In this document: positions 1 to 7,699 of the stretch, piece by piece
How positions within the stretch are numbered: position 1 is the first letter of the stretch
How the letters are laid out: every line of letters begins with the position of its first letter
Assembly (NCBI RefSeq): GCF_000020025.1
Contig: NC_010628.1
Coordinates: forward strand, 6,150,001 to 6,182,000
Origin: Nostoc punctiforme PCC 73102
GTDB lineage: Bacteria; Cyanobacteriota; Cyanobacteriia; Cyanobacteriales; Nostocaceae
DNA: 32,000 nucleotides
Reading direction: 5' to 3'
Position numbers and translations under genes: made by a program
The notes under the pieces: model-generated
What the model was told of the DNA's origin: nothing
Database searches by the model: none
What the model saw: the letters and a program-made list of their open reading frames with translations, nothing else

Positions 1-194
1 CCAGTGACTTCAGCCCCGGCTTGAGCAATTTTTTCTGTTAGTTGCCCAGTCCCACAGCCAAGATCCAAAATGGATTCTCCCAACTTGGGATTGAGTACTT
101 TCAGCAAGTTCTCGCCATATTGCCAGACAAAGGCGTGTTTATCCTCATACAGGTCTGTGTTCCAATTATTGTCGAGTAATGGAAGATTATTCAT
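1..194 (-). CDS. Class I SAM-dependent methyltransferase, N-terminal ~64 codons only (gene runs off the window start)
   Basis: Own minus-strand translation from ATG at 194-192: MNNLPLLDNNWNTDLYEDKHAFVWQYGENLLKVLNPKLGESILDLGCGTGQLTEKIAQAGAEVTG. ILDLGCGTG is the glycine-rich SAM-binding motif I. Not in the ORF track because the window edge truncates it. Track ORF 70..252(+) is its antisense shadow. Confidence 0.75.
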   Translation of the reverse strand, partial: MNNLPLLDNNWNTDLYEDKHAFVWQYGENLLKVLNPKLGESILDLGCGTGQLTEKIAQAGAEVT

Positions 195-354
195 AAACTA
201 TGAAATTACATTGCAGAGTATTGTTTTGCTAGTCGTCAACCAAGTTCGGTAGGTTGGTGACTGCATAATCATCACAATAAAAAATATTATTAATTATGTC
301 CAATATATATTTTGACCTTAACTAATATTTAAAAGATATAAGTTCAGGTAACAG

Positions 355-1233
355 ATGGAACTACGACACCTGCGCTACTTTGTCACCTTGGCAGAAGAAC
401 TGCACTTTGGACGGGCAGCAGAAAGATTGCACATTGCCCAACCTCCCTTAAGTCAACAAATTCGCCAGCTAGAGAAGGAATTGGGCTTTGAACTGTTTCA
501 TCGCACAAAACGAAGCGTGAATTTAACAGAAGCGGGGGTGGTTTTTCTGGATGAAGTCCAACAAATTCTCAGGCAATTGCAGCAGGCAATCCAAGTCGGG
601 CAACAAACTAGTCGCGGTGAACTCGGAGAATTAGCGATCGGCTTTGTCAGTTCTGCCGCGTATAATATATTGCCAACCATTTTGCGAACCTTTCGGAATT
701 GTGTCCCTGGTGTGAGTCTAGAGTTGCATGAACTGACTACAGATCAACAGTTAGAGTGGTTACGCACAGGTCGGATAGATGTAGGGTTTGTCCGTCCACC
801 TGTGGAAGAAAATACATTTAGCTGGGAAATAATTTTTCAAGAGTCACTGATAGTAGCATTACCTGAAGCACATTTGCTAGCAAATCAATCTTATGTTTGT
901 TTGCGATCGCTTGCTAATGAACCCTTTATTTTATTTCCGAGAATATTAGCGCCTGGACTTTACGACTTAATTATTAGTCTCTGTCAGCAAGCAGGCTTTA
1001 GTCCCTCTGTAAGTCAACAAGCCATTCAGATGCAAACAATTATTAGCCTAGTGGCAGCCGAAATAGGTGTTGCAATTGTGCCGGCATCTTTACAAAATTT
1101 GCAACGAACCGGGGTAGTTTATAAAAATATCGAACCAGTCAGCCCAAAAGTTGCCATTGCAATGATTTGGCGCAGTAGCGAGACATCCCCAACGATACAG
1201 AGGTTTCTGGAGATTGTAAAACACATAACTTGA
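355..1233 (+). CDS. LysR-family transcriptional regulator
   Basis: 292-aa ORF. The N-terminal winged HTH MELRHLRYFVTLAEELHFGRAAERLHIAQPPLSQQIRQLEKELGFELFHRT is typical of LysR-type regulators and is followed by a substrate-binding-domain-sized region. Divergent from the methyltransferase gene across a 160-bp AT-rich spacer. Confidence 0.9.
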   Translation: MELRHLRYFVTLAEELHFGRAAERLHIAQPPLSQQIRQLEKELGFELFHRTKRSVNLTEAGVVFLDEVQQILRQLQQAIQVGQQTSRGELGELAIGFVSSAAYNILPTILRTFRNCVPGVSLELHELTTDQQLEWLRTGRIDVGFVRPPVEENTFSWEIIFQESLIVALPEAHLLANQSYVCLRSLANEPFILFPRILAPGLYDLIISLCQQAGFSPSVSQQAIQMQTIISLVAAEIGVAIVPASLQNLQRTGVVYKNIEPVSPKVAIAMIWRSSETSPTIQRFLEIVKHIT

Positions 1234-1330
1234 TTTATTACTGGCGATTTATTTATTTACCAATCAGTATCCATTGTAAAAATCTGCAAATGGCTGTTAA
1301 ATCTTCTGATTGCGGCTGTAAGTAGAAATA

Positions 1331-1358
1331 ACCAATGACCAATGACTAATGACTAATT
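1331..1358. repeat. STRR-type tandem heptamer repeat (4 copies: ACCAATG ACCAATG ACTAATG ACTAATT)
   Basis: Tandem 7-nt periodicity is visible directly. The first two units are a cyclic permutation of the reverse complement of TTGGTCA, which I recall as one of the Anabaena/Nostoc STRR heptamers. The repeat supplies the last codons (..EISH) and the stop codon of the 1346..1903 gene. Confidence 0.7.
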
Positions 1359-1903
1359 TCTTTCCACCCATGCATAGCTGCTATACCTTTAGTAACCCAT
1401 TCGATCAAAATTGGGGGAGCTTCTGATATCAAGATGCTAGGATAAACTGCTGCGCCCCATTCGGGATGCACTAGTACACGGCATTGATTTTTAATCACTG
1501 GATAGTTGAGCAAAGCTTTGACAACTGCTGTGTCATCATGGGGAATTGCTCCAGGATGAGATAGTAAAGGGTAGCCTGTACGAGGGTCGATCAGGTCAGT
1601 TAAATAGCCGCGATCGCGCAGATTAAATGCTAAATCACAGCCAAATCGCATAAACTTTTCTCGTAAGCGTTCTTTCTCGGACTCTACTTCTGTCGTCTTT
1701 TTAACTAATTGATAACGCGATTGCTGCAAGACAATCACTACTCGTAAAAATGACTGCCGTTTCCAATCCGGTAATATCCGTTCGCAGTTGGCACAGATAT
1801 ATTGACTGGGAGCATGAATTGAAATTTGAACCGCTTGTCCTGTTTCGCCAACTAAATTAATGGGACAGGCTTGCTCCGAAGTGTAAACTTTGGGATAGTT
1901 CAC
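1346..1903 (-). CDS. MMADHC-like protein (homolog of the eukaryotic cobalamin-trafficking protein CblD C-terminal domain)
   Basis: 185-aa ORF. LREKFMRFGCDLAFNLRDRGYLTDLIDPRTGYPLL...CRVLVHPEWGAAVYPSILISEAP aligns by eye with human [41 protein letters not shown]...[24 protein letters not shown], recalled from memory. Being coding is well supported; the family call is moderately supported. Confidence 0.65.
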   Translation of the reverse strand: MNYPKVYTSEQACPINLVGETGQAVQISIHAPSQYICANCERILPDWKRQSFLRVVIVLQQSRYQLVKKTTEVESEKERLREKFMRFGCDLAFNLRDRGYLTDLIDPRTGYPLLSHPGAIPHDDTAVVKALLNYPVIKNQCRVLVHPEWGAAVYPSILISEAPPILIEWVTKGIAAMHGWKEISH

Positions 1904-2201
1904 TAAATTGATTCGGCTTATACAAGTTTTTTAATTTAATCTACGGTATAGATGATAGCTCTTAAAAGTTCAGAAAAATCATCATTTTCCTCTCTTATGT
2001 TACTTTTTTTAGAAGCATTTGCTAATAATTTGAGAATTTTAATCCGAATTTTATCCTTTATTAACCTGTTCTCATAGGATTTGTTGCGATCGCTGTAGGC
2101 ATTAGCATAAGTGTAGATAAGCGATACATCTGGCGGGCTATGCCTACGCTACCGAAATCCGTTCAATTAAAACCCCAAAGAATTAACTCCATCTCACCCA
2201 A

Positions 2202-2408
2202 TTAATTGAGTTTTAAAGAATTCACCGGCACTTCATCCCAAGAATCAACTGTCCGCAATTGCGCTACCCAACCTGCTGCCTTTTGGTTCTCGGTCAAATT
2301 ATTCTGAAAGGAATCATGACACTCTTTAGCTTGAGATTCATTACAAGTGGCAATACAGGCATGAATCATCCCAGACGGATCAATTTGCTCATTTACCCAA
2401 ATAGTCAT
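2202..2408 (-). CDS. Small hypothetical protein (68 aa, Cys-containing, no TM segment)
   Basis: ORF with a GAGGA Shine-Dalgarno-like sequence about 8 nt upstream of the ATG on the minus strand. I recognise no family. Confidence 0.4.
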   Translation of the reverse strand: MTIWVNEQIDPSGMIHACIATCNESQAKECHDSFQNNLTENQKAAGWVAQLRTVDSWDEVPVNSLKLN

Positions 2409-2554
2409 GGAGTATTTCCTCGAAAAGTGTAACGAAAAAAGCTATTTGTTATTTTAGAACACTATTAGAGTCAAAAATTGCAGATCAAAATCGGTAATAA
2501 GTAGTGAACTAATCCCAATTACCGATTGCTAATTTACAATTATCCAGTTTCGCT

Positions 2555-3208
2555 TCATCTGGTAGGCACATAAGATTTATCGCCTCTTTCGTAGCGACGG
2601 CGGTAGAGTAATTCTAACTGTCCACCATATTCTTGAATCCAAGCTATCTGACGCTGATAGAGTCCCCGGAAAGTATTAGCAAATAATAGTGTAAAGATTG
2701 CTACTACTAATCCTGATGCTGTGGATACTAAAGCTTCACTAATTCCAGATGTTACACCTGTTGTTTTAGTACCTCCCACATCTCCAATATTTAGAGAGGC
2801 AAAGGAGTTAATTAATCCTAAGACAGTACCGAGAAGTCCCAACAACGGCGCAAGACCAATAATTGTCTCAAAAATATTTTGCGATCGCTTAAGTAAGGGA
2901 ATTTCGGCTTGTGCTTCGCTTTCTAATGCCAACCGAAATTCTTCTGGTGTCGCCTCTTCTAACTCTAAAGCTGCTAAAAAAATTCGGGCAATGGGTAAAT
3001 CAGTATTTTTTTGCAACTTATCTAAAGCACTAACTACATTATCAAGGCGATAAAGCTGTAGCACCTCTCGCACTACCTTATTTTGCCGATTATTTATTCT
3101 TACCCAAAAGATGATCCGCTCGATAATCAGCGCTACTCCTAACAAAGAGAACGCCAGGAGAGGCCACATGACCACGCCACCTGCTGTAAACAGATTACTA
3201 ATTTCCAT
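2555..3208 (-). CDS. MotA/TolQ/ExbB-family proton channel protein (no adjacent ExbD/TolR/MotB partner)
   Basis: 217 aa with three predicted TM segments (VVMWPLLAFSLLGVALII, IIGLAPLLGLLGTVLGLINSF, ALVSTASGLVVAIFTLLF). The second and third TM motifs are typical of the ExbB/TolQ family. Confidence 0.88.
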   Translation of the reverse strand: MEISNLFTAGGVVMWPLLAFSLLGVALIIERIIFWVRINNRQNKVVREVLQLYRLDNVVSALDKLQKNTDLPIARIFLAALELEEATPEEFRLALESEAQAEIPLLKRSQNIFETIIGLAPLLGLLGTVLGLINSFASLNIGDVGGTKTTGVTSGISEALVSTASGLVVAIFTLLFANTFRGLYQRQIAWIQEYGGQLELLYRRRYERGDKSYVPTR

Positions 3209-3400
3209 TTATTATTTTTTAACTTACCAACAACGCTAGATTAACAGATCGTTGTTTGAGCGAAGTTGATATCATTTCCCACAAAGAATTGCTCTGCAAG
3301 TTTTAAAGTGTTAGCAAAGCAACTACGGCTTGCCCAAGCTGCATAGATGTTTCATAGCAATTATCAAATTTATAAGATATACTGGATTTTAGATAAAAGT

Positions 3401-3472
3401 CTCACTGCTGCTTTACAGGAGTCGTAACAGTGAGTAGGCTCGTTGCCCTATTACAGGGGTCGTAACAACGAG
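3401..3472. promoter_or_regulatory. Two tandem 34-nt stem-loop/palindrome units upstream of padR (candidate PadR operators or structured leader)
   Basis: Unit 1, 3401-3434: CTCACTG-20 nt-CAGTGAG. Unit 2, 3439-3472: CTCGTTG-20 nt-CAACGAG. The loops share TTACAGG(A/G)GTCGTAA, itself a TTAC-N7-GTAA palindrome. The stems differ by exactly compensatory changes. Located 23-94 nt upstream of the PadR start codon. Confidence 0.45.
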
Positions 3473-3494
3473 AAATATCTAAGTAACTATTCCA

Positions 3495-3863
3495 ATGTGG
3501 GTCAAAATAATGCAAATAAACGCGAAGCAAATACTTAATAAAGGTTCAACCAATGCCCAAGTTTCACCACGAGAAGAAATCGTCTTGCTCGCACTCTACA
3601 ACAAAGAACTCTATGGTCTCCAAATTCCGCAGGCTATGGAAGAGGCTAGCGGCGGTAACACTAAGATGGGGATTGGCACCCTTTATCCTGTTCTCCATTC
3701 TCTGGAAAAGAAAGGACTTGTCGAATCCCGTTGGGGAGATGAAGGGCGTGAAGAACGAGGTGGAGCAAGACGGCGCTATTACAAACTTACAGGTAGCGGC
3801 GTTGCGACTCTCGAAGCCGTCCAGTCTTTCCGCTCTAACCTACTTACTTGGCAGCCCAGTTAG
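3495..3863 (+). CDS. PadR-family transcriptional regulator
   Basis: 122-aa ORF with the winged-helix signature LYGLQI...GTLYPVLHSLEKKGLVESRWG...RRRYYKLTGSG. The start may instead be ATG 3510 (MQINAK). Confidence 0.85.
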   Translation: MWVKIMQINAKQILNKGSTNAQVSPREEIVLLALYNKELYGLQIPQAMEEASGGNTKMGIGTLYPVLHSLEKKGLVESRWGDEGREERGGARRRYYKLTGSGVATLEAVQSFRSNLLTWQPS

Positions 3864-4335
3864 TGGAACAGCAGGCACAGAAATTGAAGATAACGATTGG
3901 GAATTTACTATTAAAGAAATTCAACTTAAGACACAACACTTGGAAGGCATAACATCTTTAAAATCAGAGGAAGTTATCAAAGTAGTGGAAGAGTTGATAG
4001 TTCAGAAAGTGGTGAACGATTTAGAAAACTCAGTAGAAAATCTAGAGAAGCTCTCTAAGTTAAAAAAGAGATTACGCAAGTATAAAAAATCTGATCCTGC
4101 TGAAACTTGGGCTAGTAGGTGGATAGCTTCCCCAATTGCTTACCTCTTCCCCCCAGAACGACGTGAAGAATGGCTAGGGGATTTATACGAAGTAAATTGG
4201 GAGATGCTGCACAAAAACTATCCCCGTTGGCAGGTTAATCTTAATAATGTTTGGAAAACTGTCATCCTGGTAATTTCTGCTTTAAAAATCAAGCTGTCAG
4301 ATTTCTTCTCACTAGGTAAAGTCAAGAGCGAGTAG
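3739..4335 (+). CDS. Hypothetical PadR-associated protein (acidic/coiled-coil middle, C-terminal hydrophobic segment); start codon uncertain
   Basis: This frame is open from 3553 to 4335 and overlaps padR in the +1 frame. The part after the padR stop looks protein-like (EIEDNDWEFTIKEIQL...coiled-coil...LFPPERREEWLGDLYEVNWEML...VWKTVILVISAL). Candidate starts are ATG 3739 (125-nt overlap), TTG 3802 (62-nt overlap) and TTG 3940. No ATG follows the padR stop before 4207. Confidence 0.5.
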   Translation: MKGVKNEVEQDGAITNLQVAALRLSKPSSLSALTYLLGSPVSGTAGTEIEDNDWEFTIKEIQLKTQHLEGITSLKSEEVIKVVEELIVQKVVNDLENSVENLEKLSKLKKRLRKYKKSDPAETWASRWIASPIAYLFPPERREEWLGDLYEVNWEMLHKNYPRWQVNLNNVWKTVILVISALKIKLSDFFSLGKVKSE

Positions 4336-4491
4336 AGAAAAATCCATTTTCAAGCATGGCGTAGAGTAATTTACCACTACGTCATTTCCTTTTTATCTAT
4401 TTTGTTCTCTTGGAGATTTACCTCGCAGTGGATCGCAGCTTATTGAGAATTTATTTTTAGTGTTAACTTTCATAAATGTTAAGGAGTTCAG

Positions 4492-4671
4492 ATTATTCCT
4501 ACACCAGAACAAAAAACACAGTGCTACATATTGTGCTGCTGGTTTACCAAGCTTTACTTGCCTATTAATATCGTTCGGATGGATGAACGGACAAAAAATC
4601 TATTCTTCTTGGCAGGTGAGGAAAATATCATAGAAATATACCCTAACGGTAAATGGAGATACATAGGATGA
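4492..4671 (+). CDS. Small conserved cyanobacterial protein (DUF6888-like by recollection), apparent non-canonical ATT start
   Basis: Own translation: IIPTPEQKTQCYILCCWFTKLYLPINIVRMDERTKNLFFLAGEENIIEIYPNGKWRYIG*. The frame opens after TAA at 4480-4482. AAGGAG lies at 4481-4486, followed by ATT ATT at 4492-4497. The stop TGA (4669-4671) overlaps the next gene's ATG (4668-4670). Not in the ORF track, which needs ATG/GTG/TTG and at least 60 aa. Confidence 0.4.
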   Translation: MIPTPEQKTQCYILCCWFTKLYLPINIVRMDERTKNLFFLAGEENIIEIYPNGKWRYIG

Positions 4672-4889
4672 GCAAGCCTAATTTTCATGCAATGAGTCAG
4701 AAAGAGTTACATGATTACGTTCTTGCTCATCGGGAAGATCAAGAAGCTTTCTACGCTTATGTGGATAAGCTGCATCTCGAAGGTAATTGGATTGAAATGC
4801 CACCGTTACAGTCAGAACAGGATTTAGAAAATTATCCTAAGTTCATTGAGCGTATTCGCAGCAGTTCTGAGCCACGAGATGGAGCATAA
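4668..4889 (+). CDS. Small conserved cyanobacterial protein (DUF6887-like by recollection)
   Basis: MSKPNFHAMSQKELHDYVLAHREDQEAFYAYVDKL... The track ORF begins at 4653, but ATG 4668 gives the family-typical N-terminus and the ATGA overlap with the upstream small ORF. Confidence 0.6.
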   Translation: MSKPNFHAMSQKELHDYVLAHREDQEAFYAYVDKLHLEGNWIEMPPLQSEQDLENYPKFIERIRSSSEPRDGA

Positions 4890-4902
4890 CGCTGCATTGT
4901 AG

Positions 4903-5799
4903 TTACACGAGCTTTTCAGCTATCCTCAGTTTGGCCGATCGCGATCGCGGATTGTTACTAATTTCCTCTTCTTGAGCAATAATTGGTTTTTTTGTCAAGA
5001 CTTTTAATAAAGGTGAATTTCTTAAACCATGCTTCACCGGGCGGTCTTCTAAACTATGAAAACTGATAATCGCAATTCTGCCACCAGGGACAAGGGCATT
5101 TGGGGCTTTATCTAAAAAGGTTTCTAAGGATTTTAACTCATCGTTGACGACAATTCGCAGAGCTTGAAAAACCCTGGTAGCGGGGTGAATTCTCCCATAA
5201 CGGTATTTGGGAGGCACTGAAGAAGCGATCGCATCAGCCAATTCTGTAGTCGTGTGCAACGGTCGCCGTTCTACAATGCGACGAGCAATGCGCCGCGATA
5301 ATCTCTCCTCACCGTACTTAAAGAAAATATCTGCTAATTCCGCTTCATCCCAATTATTGATCACATCAGCAGCAGTTAGCGATCGCCCTCGATCCATTCG
5401 CATATCTAAATTCGCGGCTTGGCGAAAGCTGAAACCCCGTTCTGCTTGGTCTAAATGGTAAGAACTTACCCCCAAATCGGCTAAAATACCATCGAAAGTG
5501 TTGGGGGGAAACTCGTAGTCAGCAAAATTGCTATAAATAAATTGTATGCGATCGCTATATTCAGCTAAATTCTTATTTGCAGCTACTAAAGCATCTTCAT
5601 CTTGGTCAACTGCCGTTACCCGCACATCAGCAGCAGCTTCCAAAATCAAGCGACTATGACCACCACCACCTACCGTTACATCTAAATAATGTCCGCCTGG
5701 ACGAACCGCCAAACCCTCAATTACCTCTCGTCCCAACACGGAAATATGAGAAAAAGCCAGTTCTTCTAAATTTAGCGGTGTTTCTAAATCTGATTTCAT
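4903..5799 (-). CDS. rsmH: 16S rRNA (cytosine1402-N4)-methyltransferase RsmH (MraW)
   Basis: 298 aa with [44 protein letters not shown] and RSRSAKLR blocks characteristic of RsmH/MraW. Confidence 0.93.
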   Translation of the reverse strand: MKSDLETPLNLEELAFSHISVLGREVIEGLAVRPGGHYLDVTVGGGGHSRLILEAAADVRVTAVDQDEDALVAANKNLAEYSDRIQFIYSNFADYEFPPNTFDGILADLGVSSYHLDQAERGFSFRQAANLDMRMDRGRSLTAADVINNWDEAELADIFFKYGEERLSRRIARRIVERRPLHTTTELADAIASSVPPKYRYGRIHPATRVFQALRIVVNDELKSLETFLDKAPNALVPGGRIAIISFHSLEDRPVKHGLRNSPLLKVLTKKPIIAQEEEISNNPRSRSAKLRIAEKLV

Positions 5800-5827
5800 C
5801 TTTAATTTTATTTTTGTTGTTATTTCG

Positions 5828-5974
5828 TAGGACTTACACCAAAAACCTCTTAAACTCCTATTCCTCCGTGTCCTCTGCGTCGCGCCAGTTGCTACCCTGC
5901 GGGAACGCTAAAAGCGAACAAGTCGGGGAACCCGCCCAACGCACTGGCTTCTCTGTGGTTCGATTTAAGTCCTA
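5828..5974. repeat. MITE-like GC-rich intergenic element (147 bp) with perfect 9-bp terminal inverted repeats
   Basis: TAGGACTTA (5828-5836) and TAAGTCCTA (5966-5974) are exact reverse complements. The interior carries motifs (CCTCTGCGTC, GGGAACGCTAAAAGCGAACAAGTCGGGGAACCCGCCCAACGCACTGGC) related in style to the other GC-rich repeats in this window. No coding capacity. Confidence 0.5.
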
Positions 5975-6273
5975 TTTAACACTCAATCCCAATCCTCAAC
6001 ATCAAGATTTTAAATGCAAAAAGAGATTAGATGAAAAAAAACCTGTGCCTCAATCCCTTGCATATCAAGCTTCCCTATAATAATTGAAGAGGTGCAACGA
6101 AATGAAACAATTACAACACCTTCGCTGCTATCCTCTCTCCAACATAACCCTGTAGAGTCAAAATTATATAGATTGCCCCTACAAACCTCATTTTGGCAGA
6201 CTAGATAAATCGGCTGTGGTTGGCATCTAGGCGGTTCAATTCAAAATTTTCACGAACGGAGAACACGAAATCT

Positions 6274-7458
6274 ATGACCAGACTAGAAACCCGCACTGAA
6301 CCAATGGTGCTAAACATGGGGCCACACCACCCCTCAATGCACGGGGTTCTGCGGCTAATCATGACTCTGGATGGCGAGGATGTCGTTGACTGTGAACCAG
6401 TTATCGGCTATTTGCACCGAGGAATGGAAAAAATCGCTGAGAACCGCACTAATGTAATGTACGTCCCTTACGTTAGTCGCTGGGACTACGCGGCGGGAAT
6501 GTTCAACGAAGCCGTCACTGTTAACGCCCCAGAAAAACTTGCAGGTGTCGCTGTCCCCAAACGCGCTAGCTACATCCGCGTCATCATGCTGGAGTTGAAC
6601 CGCATCGCTAACCACTTGCTATGGTTTGGCCCCTTCTTAGCTGACGTAGGCGCACAAACTCCCTTCTTCTACCAGTTCCGCGAACGGGAGATGATTTATG
6701 ATTTGTGGGAAGCCGCCACAGGTTATCGGATGGTAAATAACAACTACTTCCGCGTTGGTGGAGTAGCAGCCGATTTACCTTACGGCTGGGTAGATAAGTG
6801 TCTGGAATTCTGCGACTACTTATTACCCAAAGTTGATGAGTATGAACGTTTAGTAACCGATAACCCCATCTTCCGGCGACGTGTTGAAGGTATTGGTACT
6901 ATTACCCGTGAAGAAGCAATTAACTGGGGACTTTCTGGCCCTATGTTACGCGCTTCTGGCGTGCAATGGGATTTGCGGAAAGTTGACCATTACGAATGCT
7001 ACGACGATTTCGACTGGGATGTGCAGTGGGAAACCGCCGGTGATTGCTTTGCCCGTTACGTAGTGCGGATGCGGGAAATGCGCGAATCTGTGAAAATTAT
7101 TCGCCAAGCAATTAAAGGACTTCCTGGCGGCCCTTACGAAAATCTGGAAGCCAAGCGTTTAGCTGCAGGTAAAAAATCCGAGTGGGACGCATTTGATTAT
7201 CAATTCATTGGCAAAAAAGTTTCCCCCACTTTCAAGATACCGAAGGGTGAAATCTACGCCCGTGTAGAAAGTGGCAAAGGTGAATTGGGAATTTATCTGG
7301 TAGGCGATGATAACGTCTTCCCTGCACGGTGGAAGATTCGCGCCGCAGATTTCAACAACCTTCAGATTGTTCCACATTTACTGCGCGGGATGAAGGTTGC
7401 AGATATTGTGGTCATTCTCGGTAGCGTTGACGTAATTATGGGGTCTGTGGATAGGTAG
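6274..7458 (+). CDS. ndhH: NAD(P)H-quinone oxidoreductase (NDH-1) subunit H
   Basis: [28 protein letters not shown]... through ...[14 protein letters not shown], the NuoD/49-kDa family. Start placed at ATG 6274, with GGAGAA at 6258-6263. The track ORF starts at upstream TTG 6220, which adds 18 non-conserved residues. Confidence 0.93.
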   Translation: MTRLETRTEPMVLNMGPHHPSMHGVLRLIMTLDGEDVVDCEPVIGYLHRGMEKIAENRTNVMYVPYVSRWDYAAGMFNEAVTVNAPEKLAGVAVPKRASYIRVIMLELNRIANHLLWFGPFLADVGAQTPFFYQFREREMIYDLWEAATGYRMVNNNYFRVGGVAADLPYGWVDKCLEFCDYLLPKVDEYERLVTDNPIFRRRVEGIGTITREEAINWGLSGPMLRASGVQWDLRKVDHYECYDDFDWDVQWETAGDCFARYVVRMREMRESVKIIRQAIKGLPGGPYENLEAKRLAAGKKSEWDAFDYQFIGKKVSPTFKIPKGEIYARVESGKGELGIYLVGDDNVFPARWKIRAADFNNLQIVPHLLRGMKVADIVVILGSVDVIMGSVDR

Positions 7459-7487
7459 ATAATATCTATCTAATGTAAGTACTTTTT

Positions 7488-7527
7488 TAGAGCAGTTGTA
7501 TTACAGTGCAACTGCTCTATTTTTTTA
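7488..7527 (+). terminator. Rho-independent terminator after ndhH
   Basis: TAGAGCAGTTG (7488-7498), a 10-nt loop, CAACTGCTCTA (7509-7519), then a T-run at 7520-7527. Confidence 0.75.
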
Positions 7528-7699
7528 GCTTTGGGCAAAGCTGGCGATTATAAAGCTTTTTTTTACCTGGATGACCGTTTGTGTATTGTGACAGAAGAAC
7601 TGGAGAAACGAGAACCTCAGATTATTTGTTCTTTGGCATTATTTTGTAATTCGTAATTAAGGCAATAGATGCGATAAATCGCGTCTTTTGAAAAATATT

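Noticed and set aside
70-252. 60-aa + strand ORF at the window start
   Set aside because: It lies antisense to a clear SAM-methyltransferase N-terminus (minus strand 1..194) and has no recognisable features. It is a shadow ORF.
2721-3053. 110-aa + ORF inside the ExbB-like gene. Similar antisense ORFs occur at 12866..13165, 14548..14940, 17646..18062, 23775..24080, 25562..26050 and 30446..30808.
   Set aside because: All lie opposite strongly supported, family-recognisable genes and have no motifs of their own. They are typical antisense shadow ORFs.
2555-3208. MotA/ExbB-like gene as part of a Zorya-like or other stator-based defence system
   Set aside because: At 217 aa it has the size and architecture of ordinary ExbB. 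It lacks a long ZorA-type tail, a MotB/ZorB partner and any effector genes nearby.
3553-3738. ATG 3553 as the start of the 260-aa ORF
   Set aside because: It would need a 310-nt out-of-frame overlap with padR. That part of the translation (MPKFHHEKKSSCSHSTTKNS...) looks like frame-shadow sequence.
5950-5975. GTGGTTCGATTTAAG resembling a tRNA T-arm
   Set aside because: I could fold no acceptor stem, anticodon arm or D-arm around it. It is the terminal part of the MITE-like repeat. I found no tRNA anywhere in the window.
5577-6080. 167-aa + strand ORF
   Set aside because: The first half is antisense to rsmH and the second half runs through the MITE-like repeat and spacer. The composition is low-complexity (L/P/Q/S-rich). 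It is not a gene.
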